Shown in pieces: positions 9,945-18,700 of a stretch of DNA of 64,000 bases. The number at the start of each line of letters is the position of its first letter. The first letter of the stretch is position 1. The notes below the pieces were generated by a model. It did not search any database. It had not been told where the DNA came from and saw only the letters and a list, made by a program, of their open reading frames with translations. The position numbers were made by a program, and so were the translations under genes. The DNA is taken from positions 6,494 through 70,493 of the forward strand of contig JAAZZB010000001.1 of assembly GCA_014239365.1 (NCBI GenBank), given 5' to 3'. This DNA comes from Verrucomicrobiia bacterium. Its GTDB lineage: Bacteria; Verrucomicrobiota; Verrucomicrobiia; Limisphaerales; UBA1100.

Positions 9945-10870
9945 TGCACGCCTCCGGTGGTGACGTTCATAAAAATGTCCTCGAGGTTGGCTTTGGTTTG
10001 GCGAAACTCCACCACGCGATGGCCGCTGGCGATGAGGGTGTTGAGCACGCCGAAGGCTTCGTCCTCGCCGCCTTCCACTTCGAAATGTAATTCGGTGCCA
10101 GCCACGCGCGGGTTTTCCACGTGGGCGGTTTGCAGCAGCTCGCGCAATAAATCCTGCGGCTCACCCAGCACGCGCAGCGCGTACGTGCGGCGCGGCGCGC
10201 GCTTGGCCATCACGTCATCGATGCGTCCACTTTCCAACAGATTGCCCTGTTCGATGATGATGACGCCATCGCAAATTTCGGTGAGCTCGGTGAGAATGTG
10301 CGAGCTGATGAGAATGGCTTTGCCTTGCTTGGCGAGCAGCGAGAGGAGTTCGCGCAGTTCCACCCGCGCGCGGGGATCCAATCCGGCGGCGGGTTCATCG
10401 AGGATGAGCACTTGCGGATCGGCCACCAACGCGCGCCCGAGGCTGACGCGTTGCTTCATGCCTTTGGAAAGGGAGCGCAACGTTTTTTCCCGGATGCTCG
10501 CCACGTTGGTGAACTCCTCCACACCGGCCACGGCCTCGGTGCGTTGGGTGCCGCGCAGTCCGTAGGCGCGCGCAAAAAAATCGAGGTACTCGTGCACGGT
10601 GGTATCCCAATATGGCTTCAGTTCATCGGGCACAAAGCCGATGAGATGCCGGGCTTTTTCGGGGTATTCAATCACCGAAAGATCGTCCACAAACACATCG
10701 CCCGCGTTGGGCTCATCGAGCGTGGCCATGATGCGCATGGTGGTGGTTTTGCCCGCGCCATTGGGGCCCACGAAGCCGAAGATTTGGCCGGACTCAAACT
10801 CGAATGAAATGGAGTTCACCGCGAGCGTTTTGCCGAACTCACGCCGAAGATTTTGCACGCGGATTTTCAC
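9941..10870 (-). CDS. ABC transporter ATP-binding protein
   Basis: Walker A GPNGAGKTT, signature LSKGMKQRVSL, Walker B LILDEPAAGLD and H-loop SSHIL. Confidence 0.93.
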   Translation of the reverse strand: MKIRVQNLRREFGKTLAVNSISFEFESGQIFGFVGPNGAGKTTTMRIMATLDEPNAGDVFVDDLSVIEYPEKARHLIGFVPDELKPYWDTTVHEYLDFFARAYGLRGTQRTEAVAGVEEFTNVASIREKTLRSLSKGMKQRVSLGRALVADPQVLILDEPAAGLDPRARVELRELLSLLAKQGKAILISSHILTELTEICDGVIIIEQGNLLESGRIDDVMAKRAPRRTYALRVLGEPQDLLRELLQTAHVENPRVAGTELHFEVEGGEDEAFGVLNTLIASGHRVVEFRQTKANLEDIFMNVTTGGVQ

Positions 10871-12816
10871 GGGCCGGCCTCCGATTGTTTGAGCACCCCG
10901 TACACCACCGCGTGCGTTTTGAGCTGCCCGCGGCCGATGGGGTTTTCCATAAAAGGCGAGCCCGCCATTCGCGCGAGGTACGTGCCCGGCACGAGGTTTT
11001 TTGGGTAATTATTTTCCGGCGTATCTATTTTTGTGGACAATAAAAATTCGGTGTTGAGGTGGTTGATGACCGTTTGATTTTCAGAGCTGCGTTGGAGTTC
11101 CACGCGCTGGCCGGCGTGCAGGATGGAGGCTTCAAAAATATTTCCCCGTGCATCCGCCAGCCAGAGATGGAGGATGTCCGCGCCGAGGCTGTTGACCACC
11201 GTGGGCGTGCCGCCTTTCCAAGTGACGCTGAGGCGTTCCTTGCGCGGCTCGCTTTTTCGCAGCGCGAAATGCGCCGGCACACGCGAGGTCACCCATTTGC
11301 CGGTGAAGCGTTGCCCCTTCGTCCAGTCCACCCCGCGATTGCCGCCGGGATCGTTCCCCCGGTAATTGAGCAGCGGCGTGACTTCCGTGTGCGCAGAGAA
11401 ATTCAGTTCGCCCGGAGCCACCGGCGCGTAAATGCCCAGCGCGCCCACGGTGGTGGCTTGTTGCGTTTCTTGATTTAGGATTGTGATCACATCGCGCCGC
11501 ACCGTGGGGGTGAAGCCTTCGTTGAGCAGCACCGTGCCGAAAACGATCGCGCTGGTGAGGATTGAGATCGCCGGAAGCGTCCACAAAAACCACGTGCGTT
11601 TTTTGAACTTATGTAGCAACACCAAATTCACCGGCCCGGCCAGCACCACGAACCCGATTAAAATCACAATCATCAACCGCACCGGCACGCTGGAGTCTTC
11701 CACGATCGGAAAATAACTATCATAACTACCCGAGTTTTGGTGGTCATAATAAAACTGGTAATCTCCGTACAATCCGGTCGTTGCCGCGACAATGGAAAGC
11801 AAAACCGGCTGCCGGGGATCGGTGTGATTGGACAGGGTTTTTATTCCAGCCAGCATTTTAGTGTTGGCCAGCTCGTCGTTTACGGGCGAATCCATCAGAT
11901 GAATGTACCCCCAACCCAAGGCGAATGCCGCGCCCGGAACGGGGCCGGTGCCTTGTCCCGGTTGGGTTTGGTTTTCGGATCCGGTAGCGTTCTCCTCATG
12001 CGGGAACGCTTCATTATTAAAATGATCTTCATTTAAGGACACCACATTTTTGCGGAAAATATTTTCAGATTTTTTTCGGGATGTCATTTGGCTGGCGCTT
12101 TGCAATCGGGCATCCGCCGGCAAAGTGATTTTGCCCAGCACAAACAACCGCCCGCCGGCGCGCACATATTGCAGGAGCGCTTGCTGAACTTCAGACGGCG
12201 CTGCGTCCCATTCTTTCGCCCGCACCACCACCACATCAAACCCACTAAACGCCAGCCAATGCCTCGGCCATTGAGAGGTGGGACCCTCGGCAATGTTCAC
12301 GCTAAATTCCGCGGGGGCGCTGGAGCTTGATCCGGCAGCACTGGCCGGCATCGCCAGGGTACCTCCACCCCACGACCGGCTGGCCAACACAACGGTTATC
12401 TTGTTGTTGCCGAGATTGACAAGTTCATCCACGTGCACCCCAAAGGCATCATCCAGTCGGCGCGCGGTGCCATCCACAATGATGTTGGCGTCGCTGTTGA
12501 AACTATTGATGTCGAGAGGAGGCTGATAGAGGGAAATCACTTTGCGGCTTTTGGGGCCGAGCGTCACGGTGCGGCGTATAATTTCGATGTTGGATTCGCT
12601 TCGGAAATTTTCCCGCGGCAATTCGATGGTCACCGTTCGGCCCTGGGTGGTCGAAAGATTTTCCAGTTCAAACTGATGCGCCGCGTAACCGTGGGAGCGT
12701 TCGGCATCGGCCAAAGTGCGTGTGCGGACGTGGACGTTTTTGAACGTCAATTCCCCCGCCAACATGCTGAAGGCCAGCAGCGGCACGACACACACAATTT
12801 GGAAAAAACGAATCAT
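10867..12816 (-). CDS. Membrane protein of unknown function (649 aa) within the MoxR/ABC operon
   Basis: Signal/anchor MIRFFQIVCVVPLLAFSMLAG, with central TM spans (VRLMIVILIGFVVLAGPVNLVLL, WFLWTLPAISILTSAIVFGTVLL). It has 4-nt ATGA overlaps with both neighbours. I recognise no family. Confidence 0.6.
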   Translation of the reverse strand: MIRFFQIVCVVPLLAFSMLAGELTFKNVHVRTRTLADAERSHGYAAHQFELENLSTTQGRTVTIELPRENFRSESNIEIIRRTVTLGPKSRKVISLYQPPLDINSFNSDANIIVDGTARRLDDAFGVHVDELVNLGNNKITVVLASRSWGGGTLAMPASAAGSSSSAPAEFSVNIAEGPTSQWPRHWLAFSGFDVVVVRAKEWDAAPSEVQQALLQYVRAGGRLFVLGKITLPADARLQSASQMTSRKKSENIFRKNVVSLNEDHFNNEAFPHEENATGSENQTQPGQGTGPVPGAAFALGWGYIHLMDSPVNDELANTKMLAGIKTLSNHTDPRQPVLLSIVAATTGLYGDYQFYYDHQNSGSYDSYFPIVEDSSVPVRLMIVILIGFVVLAGPVNLVLLHKFKKRTWFLWTLPAISILTSAIVFGTVLLNEGFTPTVRRDVITILNQETQQATTVGALGIYAPVAPGELNFSAHTEVTPLLNYRGNDPGGNRGVDWTKGQRFTGKWVTSRVPAHFALRKSEPRKERLSVTWKGGTPTVVNSLGADILHLWLADARGNIFEASILHAGQRVELQRSSENQTVINHLNTEFLLSTKIDTPENNYPKNLVPGTYLARMAGSPFMENPIGRGQLKTHAVVYGVLKQSEAGP

Positions 12817-13856
12817 CCGGTGGGTTGCAGCGAAACATCTTCGGGCAAGTGCAGGCCGGTGTCGTCGAGGGCTTCGAGCAATTGATCGAGCACGCCGTGG
12901 GCATCCACGCGATCGAAGCGCGCTTGGTAATTCAAAATCAACCGGTGATTCAAAACCGGCCGTGCAATTGCGCGCACATCTTCAAAGCCCACCGTCGGCC
13001 GGCCATCCACCAGCGCGTGCGCCCGCGCCGCCTCGGCCATCGCGATGGCCGCGCGCGGGGAAGCGCCGTATTGCACGTAGCGCGTTACCGGCTCGGGCGC
13101 TTCGGCGTTATCCGGATGCGTGGCGGCGACCAATCGCGCGATGTAACTCGCCACCGGTTTGGGCAGGAAAATATGCTCCATCACACTGAAAAGATATTTG
13201 AGGTCATCGGCATCGAGCTGCCATTCCGGCGCGGGCACATCGCCGCGGCGGCGACCGGTGATGATGTTTTGCAACACCGGCGCATCCACCGCATCAAACA
13301 TCACGCGAAACAGAAAGCGGTCCAGCTGCGCTTCGGGCAATGGATACGTGCCTTCCATCTCGATGGGATTTTGGCTGGCGAGCACGAAGAACGGATCGGG
13401 CAGTGCGCGTGTTTGGCCGCGTAACGTGACCGAGTGTTCCTGCATCGTCTCGAGCATCGCGCTTTGGGTTTTGGGTGAAGCGCGATTGATTTCATCCGCC
13501 AACAAAATATTGGTGAACACCGGCCCCGGCTCAAAAATCATTTCGCGTTTGCCGGCATCCGTCTCCTGCAAAATATGCGTGCCCACCACATCGCCCGGCA
13601 TCAAGTCCGGCGTAAACTGCACGCGGCTGAATTGCAGCTTCATCACGTTGCCGATGGTTTGCACCAGCGCGGTTTTGCCCAAACCGGGGAGGCCTTCCAA
13701 CAAAATATGCCCGCGACTGAGCAGGCCGATGAGGACAAGCCGATGAAGCTCCGCGCGCCCAAGCAGACTGCGGTCGAGTTGTTCCAGCACTTGCCGGGTG
13801 AGTTCGGTGGCCGGAGTCAGTTCTTCCGGTTTGAGTAGGCGGGTGGTTTCACTCAT
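12813..13856 (-). CDS. MoxR-family AAA+ ATPase
   Basis: Walker A LLEGLPGLGKT, Walker B ILLADEINRASPKTQSAMLEAMQE-type (ILLADEINRASPKTQSAMLETMQEHSVT) and FFVLASQNPIEMEGTYPLPEAQLDRF. Confidence 0.93.
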   Translation of the reverse strand: MSETTRLLKPEELTPATELTRQVLEQLDRSLLGRAELHRLVLIGLLSRGHILLEGLPGLGKTALVQTIGNVMKLQFSRVQFTPDLMPGDVVGTHILQETDAGKREMIFEPGPVFTNILLADEINRASPKTQSAMLETMQEHSVTLRGQTRALPDPFFVLASQNPIEMEGTYPLPEAQLDRFLFRVMFDAVDAPVLQNIITGRRRGDVPAPEWQLDADDLKYLFSVMEHIFLPKPVASYIARLVAATHPDNAEAPEPVTRYVQYGASPRAAIAMAEAARAHALVDGRPTVGFEDVRAIARPVLNHRLILNYQARFDRVDAHGVLDQLLEALDDTGLHLPEDVSLQPTG

Positions 13857-13970
13857 AGGAATTGCGGGGAAACTATAACCGCCACGGACGGGGCGTTCAC
13901 TAAAAAAAGGCTTGGGGATTCATTAATAAAAATGATGGAACGATCGAGTGAGTCAATGCGTTGACGCCTC

Positions 13971-14020
13971 GGTAGGGACGCGCTGCGCGCGTCCGTGGAC
14001 ACGCGCAGCGCGTCCCTACC
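13971..14020 (-). repeat. Perfect 19-bp-stem GC-rich hairpin at the 3' end of the 469-aa gene (possible terminator)
   Basis: The sequence is ggtagggacgcgctgcgcg-cgtccgtggaca-cgcgcagcgcgtccctacc. It overlaps the stop codon at 14016. No clear U-tract follows. It shares GGTAGGG..CCCTACC ends with the hairpin at 29048-29102. Confidence 0.6.
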
Positions 14021-15425
14021 GATCTTCCCCACGTTGGAAAAAGCGATCCACCGTCCCGCGATGGCGGGGGAGTACCGGCGCGGTCAGCGCGCTGCCACCA
14101 CCGGCTTGGGTATTTTGCAATGCGTCGCGGCCGAGCACCGCTTCGCCGCCGGTGACATCCGGCGCGCTGGAGGTTACGCCCGCGAGGCGGGCTTGATTGA
14201 GACTCACGCTGGGCGAAAGTTTTTCTTCCTTAAACGCTGCGCCCGCTTCGTCGGTGGGATCGCCGTATTGGGTGGGGCCCGCGCCGGGGCCGCGGTTGAT
14301 GTCGCCTTTGCCTTGGCCCATTTGTTCCAGAAATTCGCGCAGATCTTCCTGCCCGAACCCGCCTTGGGCCAGTAGTTGTTTGAGGGCTTCGCCGCCGGGC
14401 AATTCGCCCGCGCCTTTGAGTTGTTCGGCGAGGTTGGGCGGGATGAGGTTTTGTTGTGCCAATTTTTGCGCGAGCTTTTGGAGGGCGTCTTTATTTTCGC
14501 GCAACGCGTTGAGCAACGGCTCGAGTTGTTTGGGATCCATCGGTTGATTGCCCTTCGCAGCTTGTTGGAGTGCTTTTTGAATTTCCGGCGCGAGATTTTC
14601 CAGCGCTTCGTTATCCAGCAAATCATTTAACAACGCGCCCAGTTCCTTCAACGCTTTCTCCTCGGAATCCAGCGCGGCGTCCTTGGGCATTTTGTCCACC
14701 GCATTGCCGAGCATCTCGGCTTCGGTGAGAGCGGCCATTTTTTTCAGGGCTTCCTGTGCGGCTTGTTCGGCGAGGTTTTGATTGGACAGCTTGAGGTGAT
14801 CGAGCGCTTCCCAAGTTTTGGCCGGATTAAATCCGGTGGCTTCTTCCTTGAGGCGTTCGAGTTCTGAACGCTTCACTTCGGCTTCCTGTTCGGACAAAAT
14901 ATTTTGTTCTTCAAGCACATTCACTTGCTCGCGTGCTTGCTCGATGGTTTGGCCAATCTCCAGCGGCGGCTCGGCCAAAAGTTTTGCAAAGCGCGTGGGG
15001 ACGAGCAGGGTGACCATCAAAAAAATCAATGCCAACATCACGCCGCCGTAAGCGCGCCCGCCGCGCCAGTGTAAATTGGGCAGGCGCAAATGGTTTTGCC
15101 GTTCCGCCCACGCCTCGGTGTCCACCTCGGCATCGGCCATCACGAGTCCGCCGGCTTTGTTTTCTCGGTCGAAGGTGGCGCGCAGTTGTTCGGCGTTGGG
15201 GCGTCGCTTCAATTCGCGCCGCCAAGCCACGCCCAGCAAAATGGCGAGCGAGCCTAAACCATACGCCCACCAAAAAGGCGGCAGTTCTGCAACGAGCCGC
15301 ACCACCAACGCGAGCACGCCGAGCACCATCAGCCACACACCCATCCAACGCAAAGCAGTGCGGCGAAACATCATCGCGCTCACGCGGCGTGAAAAAGATT
15401 GGATGGATCGGTCGGATTGGTTCAT
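14016..15425 (-). CDS. Membrane-anchored coiled-coil protein, function unknown
   Basis: Two N-terminal TMs (WMGVWLMVLGVLALVVRLV, WWAYGLGSLAILLGVAW) and a third at about aa 130. A long E/K/L/Q/A-rich helical region follows. The ORF is clean at 469 aa. Confidence 0.6.
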   Translation of the reverse strand: MNQSDRSIQSFSRRVSAMMFRRTALRWMGVWLMVLGVLALVVRLVAELPPFWWAYGLGSLAILLGVAWRRELKRRPNAEQLRATFDRENKAGGLVMADAEVDTEAWAERQNHLRLPNLHWRGGRAYGGVMLALIFLMVTLLVPTRFAKLLAEPPLEIGQTIEQAREQVNVLEEQNILSEQEAEVKRSELERLKEEATGFNPAKTWEALDHLKLSNQNLAEQAAQEALKKMAALTEAEMLGNAVDKMPKDAALDSEEKALKELGALLNDLLDNEALENLAPEIQKALQQAAKGNQPMDPKQLEPLLNALRENKDALQKLAQKLAQQNLIPPNLAEQLKGAGELPGGEALKQLLAQGGFGQEDLREFLEQMGQGKGDINRGPGAGPTQYGDPTDEAGAAFKEEKLSPSVSLNQARLAGVTSSAPDVTGGEAVLGRDALQNTQAGGGSALTAPVLPRHRGTVDRFFQRGEDR

Positions 15426-15531
15426 CGCTACTGGAATGAAGATAGTGGGGATTTGAGTTCTGTCAAGGGGAGTTCGTTGTGGGTTTGGGGTGTTTGATTA
15501 TTGGGTTTGTCGGTTCATTTTATTTGGGTTC

Positions 15532-15601
15532 GGACTCGCAAGCTCGTCCCTCCAATCGGTTGCGGTTCTAGTTTTCAACGGAGGGAGGAGCTTGCGAGTC
15601 C
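15532..15601. repeat. 22-bp-stem inverted repeat in an AT-rich intergenic region
   Basis: ggactcgcaagctcgtccctcc, then a 26-nt loop, then ggagggaggagcttgcgagtcc, with one mismatch. Confidence 0.7.
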
Positions 15602-15668
15602 ATGAAAATTTCCTTCAAAAGTTTGAAAACCCAAAAAACCGCCCAAAACCTGTGGATAAAAAAGCGCT

Positions 15669-15771
15669 GTTGTTACCAAAAAATAATTTGCGCGATTGGC
15701 AAAGTCGTGGTAAGAATTGAGCAACGGGTTGTTGTTACCCTTGTGTACACGTTAAAAAACAAGTTGTTACC
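15669..15771 (+). repeat. Three direct copies of GTTGTTACC upstream of the giant ORF
   Basis: Exact 9-mers at 15669-15677, 15731-15739 and 15763-15771. The last ends 5 nt before the ATG at 15777. Confidence 0.7.
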
Positions 15772-15776
15772 ACATT

Positions 15777-18700
15777 ATGGCTAGCTTACGTAAACGACTA
15801 AAAAGTGATAACTGGGTTTGCTGCTACGCCACGGCGGATGGGCGGCGGACGCAGCGCAGCACAGGCACTACTGATAAAGATGAGGCGATGGCGATCTGCC
15901 GTCGTTGGGAGAATGATGAGTATGCGCTGCGCGAAAGCGAGGAGCCGGTGGAGGGCATGGCCGTGTCCAACAAGCGCGCGTTGGTGGCCGGTTTGGTTTC
16001 GATGGTGATTGTGATTTTGGGTTTAGTGGGCTACTGGCAATATGATCTTTGGAAGAACGGGCCGGAGTTGTTTGTGGATGTGCCGGAGAGTGAACGGCCG
16101 GAAACATTTTTTGAATCCAGTTTTGCCAAGCGGCATCGTTGGGTGAAGCTTTCGCCGGATGCGTTGGAGCGGTTGAATACGCTGGGCGGCAAGATTCGGC
16201 TGAATCTTTTTGATGATCTGCAGCTGAGCACGGAGGTGGTGGTGCGGCGCTACATCAATGGCGGCAAAGAAACTTCGGTGGGTCTTTTGGATAATGATCC
16301 GGATACCTTAATGATGATGTGCCACAAAACCACTCAACCCGGGAAGTTGATGGGAGTGTTGGTGGATACGTTAGGCACGCAATATTTAATTTCGCACGAG
16401 ATTGATGGTAAGCACGTCATTGTGGAAGTGGATCAATCGAAGATCCCCGGTTGCGGTGGTGTGATTGAATTGGAGCCGGCAAAGACCGCTGCGGCGAAGC
16501 CCGCCTCACGCGTCGCGCCCGAGGCGATGGCAATGGAGCGGATTTTGCGTGGCACCGAAGAGGCACGGGCACGCATCGGCACGGGCGATCATTCGCATCA
16601 AACGGGGGCGACTTGCAAAGATTGCCGTTCGTTTGCTTCGCTCAAAGAGAAATTCAATCAAGTAAAAGTTCGCATAAATCCTCCAAAGAGCGACACGCCC
16701 ACGGGGCCTTCGGCGTTCAGTGGACAGGATGAGCCAGTGAACACCGCTTCCCATAATTTACTTAATTCCGTGAACTTCAGTCGGCCCATTTTTGCGGCGA
16801 TTGATAATACCCGCAGCTTTGGCCTTTGGGGTCGGGGCGGGTCCGCCATCCAAACCACCGGCCCCGCTTCACCCGGAGTTTTGGAGCATCTGCGCGGAGG
16901 CGATGTGGAAATCATTGATATCCTGTTTGTTTATACCGATGACCTCCGGGCGGCGCAGACAGGGGCGAATCCAGCGGAGCAGCTTGAGAATCTTAAGCTT
17001 TCCATCACGCGCACGGTGGAGCTGACCAACACGATTTTTTCTAAATGCCATATCCCGCTTGAGGTGCGCACAGCGGATGTGACGCTGGCGCGATGGCGGG
17101 CGATGTCGGGCGGCGATGCCACGTTGGCGGCCGCAGGCGGGCCCGCTGGTGCGGCGTGGGAAGAGGTGCAGGCACCTGTTCGACCCGTTTTCGATTCTGC
17201 AGCCACCCCGCCCGCCTTTACCAAAGATTGGACCAATGGCGCGAAAGTGGGGGTCTACAGACCCAAGTATGAAATGTACAACCCCAGCAAGCTGACGCCG
17301 GCGGGTGAATTGGGCGATGCCTTGTCGTGGATTGGGCAAAACAGTAACAGCTTACTTTATGGGGACCAATACTGGGGGCAAGGCACATTTCAGGCTGCCG
17401 GTGGGGCGGAGCAATGGCCTCACAATAATTTGCCCAACAATATCGCGTGGGTGTTGGTGCCGATATTGGATGATTCTGGAAACGCCGGAGATAATGCTGC
17501 CAGTTTTACGTACAGTAATACGAATACACCCGAGCTGAACACCGGCCCCGTGGAGCACGCCGAATCCAGCCACGGGCTTACCGATCCCGGAGGCGCACCG
17601 GGGAATCCCGCCACCACACTTCCCACCGGTGTTCCTGCGATGTCGCATATTCCAGTGCAGCAATACCACGATTTGACAGGCCCTACGAAGGGGCCGGTAA
17701 TGGTGGATATTGGCGCAGACACCATTGAGTGGCTTGGCGGCGCGGATCACGGTTTGGCCACCGGTTCGGTGGTTTATTTCGAATCTTGGGGCACGGCGCC
17801 GGATACGAACGCGAGTGCGATTCCGATTTGGAACGTGTATCAACAGCCCGCAAAACTTGCCGTAGTGCAGGTGCAGGCTGACGGAGGCGGAGCAGCGGGT
17901 GGGCGTCCTCAGCCTGAGTCACAGCCGGGCGGCGGCGGTAGCAAGAGCGCTCCCAAACCAGGAGGCGCCGGGGTTCCCAAGGCGGCCGGTCCGGTGGCGG
18001 CAAGAAATCGCGGAAGAATTACCAGCGCCCAACATTATCCGGGCTTGTCGGTTGGTGAACGCACCGTTCATCCAATTTTAGAAGGGGGCCGGGCGAGTTA
18101 TTGGTATCTCGATTATTCGGGCGATGTGGCGGATCCGGAAAAGAGCGCGCGCGCTTTTTTGGGTGCGATGGCGCAACAACTGCAAATGAAGGCCGACACT
18201 TCAGATTTGCAATTGCTCGAGGTGAAGCACGGGCTGGGCACCGGCCACGCGCGGTTCCAGCAAGTGCTCCACGGCATCCCGATTTATGGCGGATTTGTTT
18301 CAGTGCATCAGCGACCCAGCGGAGCCATCCACGCTTTGCATACCAAGTATCACCATTCGTTATCGGTGGATGCTCAGGCGAGTCCGGCCATTTCGATGAC
18401 CTCTGCCAAGGCGGCGGCTTATCGGAAAGGCGGGGTGACCCGTCCGCGTATGCCCGGCTCCGGCAAGCTCGTGTGGTGGCCGGACGATCGGGGCGGGGCC
18501 AAGCTTGCTTGGGAAGTGACGATTTGCGCACTCAAACCGCTGGGAGATTTTCATACCGTGGTGGATGCCCAATCGGGCCGGGTGTTATTGCAGGAAAACC
18601 GCATCTGCTTCGCCACGGGTGCGGGCAATGTTTTTATCCCAAACCCCTACCAGAGAAAAGGCGGGAATGCCGACGCCTCGCTACGGGATAATCCAGCGGG

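Noticed and set aside
15777-15914. Intact tyrosine integrase / mobile element at the start of the giant ORF
   Set aside because: Only about 46 residues resemble an integrase arm-binding N-terminus. No core-binding or catalytic (R..HxxR..Y) region follows, and no att-like duplication or flanking tRNA is present. It is reported only as a possible remnant.
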